Of a stretch of DNA of 64,000 nt, positions 49,081 to 59,756 are shown piece after piece (positions within the stretch are counted from its first letter, which is position 1; every line of letters begins with the position of its first letter). The DNA is from Fistulifera solaris (lineage: Eukaryota). Where the stretch lies: the NCBI GenBank assembly GCA_030295235.1, contig AP026167.1, forward strand, positions 310,001 through 374,000. Direction: 5' to 3'. The translations under genes and the position numbers were made by a program. Under the pieces are notes generated by a model. It was not told the DNA's origin. It did no database searches and saw only the letters and a program-made list of their open reading frames with translations.

Positions 49081-49786
49081 GGCAACAAGCAAAATTACAT
49101 AGGGAATAAGGTGATTTACTATTATTGTATAAAACGTGAACTAGAACCGGATGCTGGTTGATACAGTTGTGTACTAAATTGATTCTTTTGTGTGATGACA
49201 TGTCATATAGACTAAAAGTGTAAATATCTTGTCACGGAGAGACTTCCGACAAGCACCCAGAGAGCAGAGAGCCACTCCTCAACAATTATCGGCATTAGGA
49301 GTAAGGCTCTCGATGCAGCGGGAATCGGGAATGTTCCTCAGAAACTCTGAAGTTGAGAGGATGAGATATGAGATGATAGTAAAATCTATAACTGACGTCA
49401 CAACGATTGAAATGACAAGTAGTGACATAAACAATGTCCGGCACTCAAGTGTACTATCGACTGTTCACTGTTTTGCTGACTGGTAAAAAATGAGACTCCC
49501 ATAATGAGTTGCAACAAACTGCAGACTTTGAACCACGGAGCTTTCGTTCATTTCGAATTTCTGAAACACGCTCCGCAAACCTCTCTACTCTCTATTAATG
49601 CTAAGCCATACTTGGTTGATTATTGCCGCGGAACTTGCGCAAGTACCAGTGGTGTCGAGATTGCACATTAAAAAACAAAGACAGCCGCAACGGATGCCCC
49701 CCGTGGGAATGCGAAAAAGGAATAGACCGTGCGAATCATCTTTCGTTCGCTAGCATTGTTGATAAGATTCGTCACAGATGCGATCC

Positions 49787-51891
49787 ATGGCGGGTGACAA
49801 TTGGAAGGTGAATCAAGATAGCGAGGTTCCTCACATGGTGGAAAGTAGTTTTGAAGACGACTACGATATCGCATGGTGCGATAGAAGGTATGCGGGCGAT
49901 GCTGACAGTTACGACGATCCGTATACATACTCGGATGATAGCGCTTCGCTTTCTGATGCGTATTTCTTCCCTCAGGCCGATGATGATCTAGCTCGGCCTG
50001 CGCGTTTCGAGAAGAAGATGCTTTGCATCAACATCCAGTTGGATCCTACGGAACCTTGGATAACGCCTCTAAAATAACGCTGCCGCTGTGGCTGGGCGGA
50101 TCCACCATTCAAGAGGACTCGGAAATGATATCGCTACCACAGCAGTACGATGACATGAATTCTCGCATAACACCCGAAAACGGTGGGAAACGCAAAAGAA
50201 TCGCCGTCAGCCCAGAAGGTTGCACGCGAAACAAAGAGAACGAATCGCTCGAGAAAAAGCGGTTGCGCAGATAAGGGGTCGTCCTCAGAAAGGGAATGAA
50301 TGGAGAGACAAAGTATTCGCTTTTCTATTCTTGCTGCAATTGGTTATAATCTGTCTCATCGCCCTGCGATTTGGCGTGCAAATGTATCAAAGTGACCCGA
50401 CATGGCTTCCGTCTATATTCAGAACCAAGGCGACGAGTGCTTTTGCGTCTCCTGGTCGTCAATTACACTCGGGCAGGAATCATGCTTTTGAGTTCACGTT
50501 GGACTTTAAGAACTTTCTTGACTTGGTCAGTGCTTCGGGAATATATGCCTTCATTATCGTTTTCATAAGCTTTGGCTTTATGATGGTGTTGGGAAAGGCG
50601 CTGATACAATTCATCCTCGTACTTTCAATCCTTATGGCTTTGGGCTGGCACATAATCGGTTTGACCGCAGACCCTTATGGCATCATTTCGATTGTGGGCT
50701 TCTCAGCGTTACTAGCGACTTTGGGCTATGCGTTTAGCAGCTGGCACCGCATACCATTCATCGCTACAAATCTACAAACGGCAATGCATGCGATGCGAAG
50801 CACTGCCGACATTACTATCCTGGGGATTGGTGGCTTGGCCGTTGCTTTTACTTGGATCATTATCTGGTCCATGGCGTTCATTGGTCTCGTGAATACATTC
50901 AACAGTGCCGACTGCACAAGTGATTTCAAGTGCGAAGCGCATGTGAAGAATGGTCGTCTCGCGCTCTACTTCGCTCTCGCTTTTTCCCTCTACTGGACGA
51001 ATTCCGTCATTAAAAACGTTGTCCGGGTGACTGTTGCGAGTACAGTTGGCACTTGGTGGTTCCGCCCGGATCATGTAGATCCGTTCTGTACAACAGCAGT
51101 GTCAAAACCACTGCAGCGTTCCGTGACAATGTTATTTGGATCGGTATGTCTTAGCAGCCTTGTTGTCCAGCCCGTTTGGTTACTGACAGGACTCTGGACG
51201 GTCTTCGGGTGTTTGTATGACAAGCAAGATGGGGATCACCCACCTCGGACTTTCACTGATGAAAGAAGGCATGATTTGGAAGCAACTCTTGACTTGGAAT
51301 CAGCTCAAAGTGAGTCGGCTGCTGATTCTATTGGTGCAACCCTGGAACTAGCTGGCTACCGTAAAAGGTGTCGCTCGTTTGTGCGATCATGCAATCGCTG
51401 GTCGTATTCGTACATTGGCTTGTGTAAGTGAAAAGAATAACTTCTTTTGTGTGCACTATACTTTTCGTTACTAATGTGCTTTGTTGCAACCAGATGGATA
51501 TTCGTTCGAAGAGGCAGGAGTTCGCGCACTTCAATTATTTGAGACGAGAGGTTGGCTAGCACTAGTCAATGATAGTTTTATTTCCAACGTTCTGTTTCTG
51601 GCCTGTATTATTACTGCAGGAAGCACGGGTACTTTTGCAGTTGTTATCGAGGAAGTTGATGGCTTCTTCCTCACTTCCTTTCACAAGCCGGTCATCACCT
51701 CGTTCATTGTAGGGTCGGTGGTAGGTTATGTCCTGGGGGACATACTTCTATTTGGTCTGGTTGCCGGTGCGGTGGACACGATCCTTGTGTGTTTTGCTGC
51801 TGCTCCGCTCGATTTTGACAAGAATCACCGATCCCTCAGTCGCGAAATGAGAGAAGCGTGGAGCCAGAATGTTTGGGAAGTCGTGCACTAG
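49787..51891 (+). CDS. Choline transporter-like (CTL/SLC44/PNS1) membrane protein; intron 51424-51493; frameshifts in the N-terminal part
   Basis: WRDKVFAFLF, RIPF..NL..A, YWT..V.KNV..VTVA..GTWWF, FGSVCLSSL, N.W.Y.YIGLYGYSF.EAG, VDTILVCFA. Confidence 0.85.
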
Positions 51892-52022
51892 CGCTTGTTG
51901 GTGCATAAATGTACTCTATTTATACGGTACGCTGAGCGTCTAATCTGTAATATTTTAAAGATAAATGATTTGTACAGGTCATATGAATAAGAAAGGTTAC
52001 CTTGATTTTCGGTAAGAAACGG

Positions 52023-52338
52023 TTAGGAAGTGTCGAATTCTTCGCCGACTCTCTCTACGGGTGAAAAGACGTTCGAGTCAAAAAAAGTTTTCGATTTTCC
52101 GCTCTATCTCCGCTTTGGCCTGCGCTTTCACCAAAAGATGAGTTGCATCTAAGTCTTGTAAAATGAACTTTTTATCAGCTGGCTTGAGTTCATTCAAATA
52201 CTGGATGAATTGTTTCGTAGGCACATCGCAAGACACCAAATACCCTGCCGAGGGTATCGCCTCCTCCGACGCTTCCTGTACTGAATTTCCTGCTGCTGCT
52301 CGTGCGTCTAAAGTCTTTAGCTTCTTTTTCGAAGACAT
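52023..52338 (-). CDS. GTF2H5: TFIIH subunit 5 (p8/TFB5); indel in an A-run near 52083
   Basis: GYLVSCDVPTKQFIQYLNE...FILQDLDATHLLV. Confidence 0.85.
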
Positions 52339-53644
52339 CTGTGCCAATTACGATAACAACGGTAAACAAAAGAAGCCTTTCATGTACTGGTATCTTTTGA
52401 CCATCGACCAACCTCTGATGCGGGAGTTCCGTTTATCGCGTTCATCGCCTAGCATAGCATAGAGTTAGGGGTAAACCTGATAACATCGTGAAACGATGAT
52501 TCGCATCGATTTGCTACGCTCTGTACTACCTCTACTTGCCAGCATCCTCGTTCCTTTTGACGTTTTCATCTCCCCACTCTAAAATAAGGGGAATTGTTGC
52601 AAAGTGAGTATCTCTTCTTTGTTTTGCCAGATCTTGTAGCCGAGGCCCAAGCCCAGCACACGACCCATCGATATGTGAGGACGACTTGACTACCTATACA
52701 CATCCTACGAGAAAGAACAAAGGCGGAAGTAATCTCATCTGAGGAAAGCTATTAGTAAAGTTACTTCTCGGATTAGCCATGGGTAAACATTAGACGAAAG
52801 GGCGAAGTCACTTTTCGTCATTTTACTTTCTCTCCGTCTCCATCAATACAATTTAAATTTACAATCGCCAAGAGATCAAGCAACCTGTGGCTTGAGTAAT
52901 TGACGTTTCTTCTGTTCCACCTCAAATACTCTGTTGTATGGGATTTCACTGCTTGACGACCTTGAGTGGTGGCGGTGACGGTGGTGATCGTCTTCTCTGT
53001 GAATTTCTGTGGCGGTAGGGAACCAACCGCAACAAGTACGGCACTGTAAATGAATAGAAAGGTAAAGTTAGAGTATATATCATAGAAATAGAGCAGGTAT
53101 TGCGAGATCGTGAACCTACCGGGCAGCACCAGAATACAGTGCACATTCCGCAAACGTCGCAATTAATGCATGCACTGCTGCATGCCAACGCGGATTGAAA
53201 TGGCCATAGCCATATACGCTGACAGAACGTATGCTCGGTCAGATCGGGAGTGATATCGCACCAATTCGGCATGGTATTACAAAAGACTTGATTCTGTGCC
53301 TTCGGCAGTGAAAGGCATTATCGAGTGGGCGTATGCTTTCGAATTATTTGATAAAAGAACAAACGTTGAGAAATCTCCACCCGCTGTAAGTTGTCGGCGA
53401 CGACTGCAACGCTTGTCACTCTAAATAAGTTAACGGATGATATTTCATGATACGGCAAACAAATTTGTAACACTATTCAAATGACTGTTGCGGCACTAAA
53501 TACAAAGCTATTTAAGAGAACAACATGATGGCAAAATTCGATGCTATGAATACTTAGGGTATTCGCCCGACCAGTACATTGGTCAACGGCTAAAGATAAG
53601 TGTAGGACAAAATGTACACGCTTGTTTAACCCAGACGTTTTGCG

Positions 53645-54595
53645 CTAGGTCGTTGCAAACTCCAGTCCAGTCATAACTTTCTCCAAAGCACATTCTCGCT
53701 TATTATTGGATGCTCCGCCGCGGTTCGACGAGAGAACTACCTCATTCTGTTCTCGAAATTGCTTCTTTGCTTCAGCGGCACTGACACGCGACTTGCCAAG
53801 TGACCAAATTCCGTGTCGGCGCTTTTTGGCATTCTTAATTTCTCTCTCGAGCAATTCTCGCTTGTCGAAATATTCCGCATTTCCTCCCGTATACAACTCT
53901 GCTAAGCCCTTGCGAGCGAGTTCTACTGACAAATCGATCGCACCAAGTCCTGGAATACATCCCAGTAAGGAACCAAATCGAGGTAGCGTCTGGACCTGAC
54001 AAATAGCTCGTCCGTACTGGTCCTTGCGTAAAAATGTGATCTTTACCATTTTATGCAAAACAAGCTGAGAGATGTATTCTTTTGCTTCTTCAGCAAATGG
54101 CTGCGATTTTTGCGACTTCGTTTTGGCGATTTCGGGACAGTCAATGCCATAAAAGCGAATGCTGAGCGTCGAGTCGGCAATGCCACGTTTTTGCAACGGT
54201 TCAGCCCTTTGGCGTCGAATGGAATAGAGAGGATAATGACGAACCCGGATGGTATCTCCGTCAATTACCCGTTCAACGAATGCATAAATACTCTTTTGCT
54301 GTGTAAAATAATTTTTGGGAACATCGTCCACTGTTTGAAACTGTACAAAAGAATCGAAAGAAGGCAGCACATGAGTATTAGTCACCGCAGCAGCTTGAGC
54401 ATCATTTGGTACGAGGATTATAGATGCACAAGCAAGAACACTTCGGGCAATGAAACCTCTTCTTGTTGTCGGCCGTTGCAGTGTACTCGGTATAAGAGGT
54501 TCAGACTCATCCTTTACGTGATCTCGGTTCAGTAACGGCGGAACAGGCGTGTCGTTGCTTTTCAAAGCCAGCCAAGAAAGGAAGAGCTTATACAT
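53645..54595 (-). CDS. Staphylococcal-nuclease (SNase/LCL3-like) protein; an upstream exon may exist
   Basis: VIDGDTIRV, IRFYGIDCPE, QPFAEEAK, KDQYGRAI, GLAELY, AKKRRHGIWS. Confidence 0.88.
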   Translation of the reverse strand: MYKLFLSWLALKSNDTPVPPLLNRDHVKDESEPLIPSTLQRPTTRRGFIARSVLACASIILVPNDAQAAAVTNTHVLPSFDSFVQFQTVDDVPKNYFTQQKSIYAFVERVIDGDTIRVRHYPLYSIRRQRAEPLQKRGIADSTLSIRFYGIDCPEIAKTKSQKSQPFAEEAKEYISQLVLHKMVKITFLRKDQYGRAICQVQTLPRFGSLLGCIPGLGAIDLSVELARKGLAELYTGGNAEYFDKRELLEREIKNAKKRRHGIWSLGKSRVSAAEAKKQFREQNEVVLSSNRGGASNNKRECALEKVMTGLEFATT

Positions 54596-55189
54596 ATGCT
54601 ATGAGACGACCGATTTTAAATGTGAAGAAAGAATTTTCACAGTCGTCTTACGCTTCAAACGGTGTCAAGGCAAAATCACAAAATTGTGCTTCATTACAAA
54701 GTACTGACCTGCGTCCAAAACATCATTGTGTTTCCCGGAGACGCCGCTCGCGCAATTACCAAAAGCGAAACGTAGATTGCAACAAGGAATCTCAAATGGC
54801 TTGTTTTGGATCTGGATCGGATGATGTTCATCGCGTTCTCCTGCCGTGTTTCTTATTGCGTTGGATACTTGATTTTTGGGAGGATCGTCGGAATCAAATT
54901 CCAACGATATTCTTCAACGGAATCCATAAGCTAAGTCTTTGGTTGCGTTAAGACATTTACATAGTTATTATTTGTTAAATTGTCCAGCATGTCCAATTGG
55001 ATCCCTCTACTATGCAAACTATTTTTTTCTCAACAAAATAATCCATTTTCATTTTCTCACAAATGGTTCAAGCTGGCCCCGTGCTGAGTAAGCTCTAGCC
55101 ACTAGCCACAAGTGCTAGAGTAAAGGGCGAGTCCTCGACCGAGACGAACTTATACTACTTAGGCTACCATTCAATTTGAAGGACAAGAG

Positions 55190-55619
55190 AGAACGCATCA
55201 TGGATCGTCGTTATAGACGGTCTTTATCCTTCAAATAAAGCTGTTAACTAGCCTTCTTATTTCTTATCCATCTGTTTGCGAAAGAGTGACGGCAAAAACA
55301 AAAGTGGCGGTCGAGTAAAGCAAGCTTGATAATTTCCTGTCTCATGACTGAAATCCAGTCATGACTGCTGAAATCTTACATTTTTGAGGATCGTGCATTT
55401 TGAAGAACGCATCATGGATCGTCGTTATAGACGGTCTTTATCCTTCAAATAAAGCTGTAAACTAGCCTTCTTATTTCTTATCCATCTGTTTGCGAAAGAG
55501 TGACGGCAAAAACAAAAGTGGCGGTCGAGTAAAGCAAGCTTGATAATTTCCTGTCTCATGACTGAAATCCAGTCATGACTGCTGAAATCTTACATTTTGG
55601 AGGATCGTACATTTTGAAG
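55190..55619 (+). repeat. 214-bp tandem duplication (two copies) in the intergenic region between divergent genes
   Basis: agaacgcatcatggatcgtcg... starts at 55190 and again at 55404; I count three substitutions between the copies. Confidence 0.95.
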
Positions 55620-55718
55620 GGCATGACGAAATGAAGTGTCTCTGGTTGTTGCTATAGGTCATCGTCGACAGCATTAGAACTGCTGAAGTAACAATTCTTC
55701 CAAAATAATTCATAGAAG

Positions 55719-56738
55719 ATGGCTTCGGGGCTTCATGATCGTCGAGGATTCGATTCCTGGCTGCGTATGAACCTCGTCTTGTTGGTGCTCTCGTTGATGA
55801 TGATTTTTGTCAACTGGAAGTTGGGTTTGGCATCTTTTCTCTTCCTCTGCATTACATTTATTAGTTCCGAAGCCGCATCGGCTCCTCCCGCGAACAGTCC
55901 CGATCAGTTTGAGGCGTGGGTGCGTCGCAAGGGCGCCCGCAAACCCGTCCTTTTATGCCTCGGAGACTCGCTCACGCATGGCACCGTCAGCTCGTCGTTT
56001 ACTCCGGATATTCCCTACAAACTCAGTTCGACGTTGGGTTTGTCTCCGCCGACGCAAAACTTCTTCATGGATCCTTTGTGGGTTGTCAACGCGGGTCAAA
56101 ACTGTATCACAACGCACGGCATCCTTCACGAACGATTGCACCGAGCCCTCGGTTGTTTTCCGGATTTTGTACTCATCATGATCGGAACGAATGACATGCA
56201 GTGCCTCGTCAATGGTAGCTTGGCCAAAGCCATTGTGAAGATCAATAAGCTTCCTGAAGTACCGACAATGGAAATCTATGAGCGTAATTTGACCAAGATC
56301 ATTGATTATATTCACAACCACACACCGCAAACACAAATTGGAGTTTGCACCTTGCCGCCCATGGGAGAAAATCTCGACGCAAATCCCAATCGAATCGTTC
56401 GACAAGCAAATGAGGTGATTGAACGCGTTGTGAAGAAAGCCCCCGGAAAGGTCACCTTGATCCCCGTCTATTCTCGTTTCGAATCGATACTCGAAAAGAA
56501 ATCGAAGAAATCAGGGTCCAAGTTTGAATATCATTACCTTCTCAGCTCGATTCAAGTTCCACTCTTCTATATGATCCCTGCCATATTTGATTGGAATCGA
56601 TTAGCGTCACTGTGCGGAAATACATTGTTGGTAGATGGTTTGCATTTAAGTGAAAAAGGGCGTGATGAACTGGTGAATCTGATTGTGGAGTGGCTACTCA
56701 GTGCGAATGTCGCCAAAGCCATTGCCGTCAAAAACTAA
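55719..56738 (+). CDS. SGNH/GDSL hydrolase with N-terminal transmembrane hairpin
   Basis: LCLGDSLTHG, VNAG, MIGTND, VDGLHLS. Confidence 0.9.
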   Translation: MASGLHDRRGFDSWLRMNLVLLVLSLMMIFVNWKLGLASFLFLCITFISSEAASAPPANSPDQFEAWVRRKGARKPVLLCLGDSLTHGTVSSSFTPDIPYKLSSTLGLSPPTQNFFMDPLWVVNAGQNCITTHGILHERLHRALGCFPDFVLIMIGTNDMQCLVNGSLAKAIVKINKLPEVPTMEIYERNLTKIIDYIHNHTPQTQIGVCTLPPMGENLDANPNRIVRQANEVIERVVKKAPGKVTLIPVYSRFESILEKKSKKSGSKFEYHYLLSSIQVPLFYMIPAIFDWNRLASLCGNTLLVDGLHLSEKGRDELVNLIVEWLLSANVAKAIAVKN

Positions 56739-56877
56739 ATTAGCGTGATCATTGATGAGAAGAATTTTTGTTATAAGCGGAGGTTAACTTTCGTGATGAC
56801 GCAGCAATCTCGTGATGCCTTGCTCTGAAGAAAACGAACTTTAATCATAATTTCACTAGTAGCGCTGTTTACATTCA

Positions 56878-58118
56878 TCAAGGTCGACGTTTTGCAATCG
56901 TTTGAGAGGAATCGTTCGATACTGCATCGTCATTGACTACGGTAAATTCGCCCAGCCAAGTCCGTACTACTTCGTAGGTGAGAAACATCAACGCCGAATT
57001 GGGAACCACTTTGACCAAGTGGATTCCCATACCTGAGTACAGTCCCTGGCGTCCTTCCTCTTTCGCAATCACCGCCATAGTTTGCCACATTCCTTTGTAT
57101 TTGAAAATTCCCGAGCGTGCTTGTTCTCTCATTCTAGTTCGAGCGACTTCGTGTGGATATGTGCCTACAGAGGCAATCATCTTGGCCAACGCCGCTGTCC
57201 AGAAAATAGTAAATTTATTGAGCTCCGAATCCGGCGACAAGCCATGAGCAATTCGATTGTTGTTGTGACGTTTCAATAATCGCGTTTTCAATTGCTCATA
57301 AACAATAAATTGAACCGAACCTTCTAAACATCCCCAGTAACTCGCTTGAATGCCTCTGTAAAATCCCCCGATGCCTTCTTCCTTGAAAATAGTCTTAATT
57401 GCATCACCATAACCATTGTAACTGCGTTGTCCCGCCGCCGCATCGGCAAATATTTGCATCCGTGTACGTACCATCCATATCGGATTGGTGAGCGTATTCC
57501 CTACAATCCCCGCAAAGAATCCGGCCAACAAAGCATTGGGTGGTGATCCTTCCGGAAAGTACGGCCCCAAAGCGTGTTTGGATTGTTGATACGCATAAAA
57601 GTACGCCGATCGACTCGGAATAATACCCACCAACGTCGGAGGGAGACCCCGGAAGAACCCCGCCAAACCGTCTTGTTGCACAATGCGTCGAGCGATTTCC
57701 ACTGGACCACGACGCGCAATCCCCGCCGTATTCGATGATTGCAATTGTGTCTTAATGACGTCCAGGGGATTAGTGATACATGATGCTATTGTTCCAGCCA
57801 CGCCGCCCGAAAAGATTCTGTGTTAGAAGGGAAAAAAAGAGTCAGTGGATCGGCCAGATGAGTGATTGAGTGATTGATTGATTGAATCATTCTAACGTAC
57901 TTGAACAGCTCCATTTTAGTTGCTGTCATGGTTTTCACAGCTGGTTTTGAACCACCACGGGGAGCGGCACTTTTTGTAGAGTGTAAAGAACAACTAGTGC
58001 CTCGCGACTGGGTCGTCCACCGATCGATGGTTTGACCCACACGAACAGCCAAGAGGGAAGCTGGAGAAGCAGCCCAACAGGCGTGAGCCGCAAATAGAAG
58101 CAATAATATTGTCCTCAT
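56878..58118 (-). CDS. Mitochondrial carrier family protein (Rim2/SLC25A33/36-like) with signal-peptide-like N-extension; intron 57818-57900
   Basis: Three PxDxxKxR-type repeats (PLDVIKTQ, PIWMVRTR, PHEVARTR) plus GIIPSRSAYF; exon 1 starts MRTILLLLFAAHACWA and splices to FKIFSGGVAG. Confidence 0.88.
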
Positions 58119-58572
58119 TTTGACTCTCGAAATAGTCTGCGCAAGTAAAAAGCATTCCATAGATTCATGAAAGTGAGGTTTTTGTTGGTTTTGTTTCGTT
58201 TCTTTGGAGGTTGACGCCGATGATGTGCATGGGTTGATAACCTTTTCCCGCTCAAATTGACCTTATGTCGTACGGTACCCATACCGGTACCTGTGCCCTT
58301 ACTGCAATCTGTCTCCGCAAGAGGTCGTGACTCGTGACCGCATGCACGAATCAACCGCAAAACGTATTCCGAGAAATCGTGAAGCAAAACTGACTCATTT
58401 TCGCACCTTTCTCGATTTACATTCGACGTTTTTACTTTCTTATCGTATGCCGACCGCTGTTCTCAAAGGAATCGTATCAGACAAAGCAGAGTGCTTTCTC
58501 GTCCTATCTCATAGGCGAGACCTCTGGAGAATTGTAATAGTTTTCGCACACAAAGCTTGTACGTAGTACCAA

Positions 58573-59664
58573 ATGATGACTCGTTTCAAGTCGCTTCTCT
58601 TGTCGTTGTGGTTGGGTCATAGTCAGGGACTGTCGGTGAGCCCTGTCACTGCGATTAATTCCAACCAATTGCAAGCCGAGAAGAGTAAACTACTGGACCT
58701 GCTCCAAGCTACTCCCAAAGAAGACCCGGTATTAGCGGACCCTTTGACGAAAGAGTCGCTCACAATTTCGACCACGTCGCCCTTTCTTGGTGGGAGTCGA
58801 TACTCTCGTCAAACGTTTACTCTTCAATCGCCTTCCAATACTTATAGAGGCACGTCCGGTACTTTTCTAGATCTGCTGCAACCTGCTGGTGAAGATAATT
58901 CGACGGAGAGTTCTCTCTTCAAAACCGTCGTTCCGCTCATTCCTCCTCCTCTACGGTCGGCCATGGCTGGCATGAATGACGAATACATTCCCATGAGAGA
59001 TTTGTTTACGTCTCCGTCGGTGAGCTTTGCCTACGAGAGGGGATGGCGCCAAGGATTTCGAGCAGCTGGCTTTCCCGGACCGGACCAGGAAGCGGAAATG
59101 GCCATGGCGTACTTTGCTCCCAGCATGGCGAAAAGTGACGACAAGGTCCTGGTGGATATGTCGTGTGCCACCGGTTTATTCACACGGCGTTTCGCGGCGA
59201 GTGGGAAGTATTCACGCGTGTTGGGATGTGATTATTCCGACTCGATGTTGTTGGAGGCGGGTCGTCGCATCCGGGCGGAACCTTCACTATTGACGAGCAA
59301 GTCGACCAAACTGGACTTGATCCGTCTGGACGTGGGACGAATCCCTATGAAGGACAACTCTGTGGATGCGTTGCATGCAGGGGCAGCCATGCATTGTTGG
59401 CCAGATTTGGATGCAGCCATGTCGGAGATTTACCGTGTTTTGAAACCCGGCGGACGTTATTTTGCCACCACGTTTCTCTCTTCCTATTTTGGAAATTTAC
59501 AGAGAGCCGAAGGAGGCGCTTCCGGTCCCAGCAAGCAAGCTTTTCAATATTTTGGATCTGTAGAAGAAATTCGATTTTTATTGGTGAGCGGAGGTTTCCA
59601 AAGGGAAAACATTGTGATCGAGGTTCTTGGAAACGCGTGCGTTGTCATAAGGTGCGAGAAGTAA
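58573..59664 (+). CDS. SAM-dependent methyltransferase (type 11, plastid UbiE-like family)
   Basis: LFTSPSVSFAYERGWRQGF..AGFPGPD, LVDMSCATGLFTR, AGAAMHCWP, RVLKPGG; signal-like N-terminus. Confidence 0.88.
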   Translation: MMTRFKSLLLSLWLGHSQGLSVSPVTAINSNQLQAEKSKLLDLLQATPKEDPVLADPLTKESLTISTTSPFLGGSRYSRQTFTLQSPSNTYRGTSGTFLDLLQPAGEDNSTESSLFKTVVPLIPPPLRSAMAGMNDEYIPMRDLFTSPSVSFAYERGWRQGFRAAGFPGPDQEAEMAMAYFAPSMAKSDDKVLVDMSCATGLFTRRFAASGKYSRVLGCDYSDSMLLEAGRRIRAEPSLLTSKSTKLDLIRLDVGRIPMKDNSVDALHAGAAMHCWPDLDAAMSEIYRVLKPGGRYFATTFLSSYFGNLQRAEGGASGPSKQAFQYFGSVEEIRFLLVSGGFQRENIVIEVLGNACVVIRCEK

Positions 59665-59756
59665 ATGCGTTTCTTCAAGTGATTTTCAAGTTTATAGAAA
59701 AAATACAGCTTTTACATTATAAGATCAAGTTGTTGCAAAAACATAAGCATGCTCAA

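Noticed and set aside
43325..49228. Alternative TIR pair ATATTTTACAC (~43326) and GTGTAAATAT (~49218)
   Set aside because: A short AT-rich match that does not extend inward; it cannot be distinguished from chance without other copies.
52440..53640. 1.2-kb ORF-poor stretch as an snRNA/snoRNA locus
   Set aside because: I could not identify a spliceosomal snRNA signature or a well-formed C/D box pair; an Rfam/Infernal scan would be needed.
55190..55619. 214-bp repeats as LTRs
   Set aside because: The copies are directly adjacent, with no TG..CA ends, no internal region and no target duplication.
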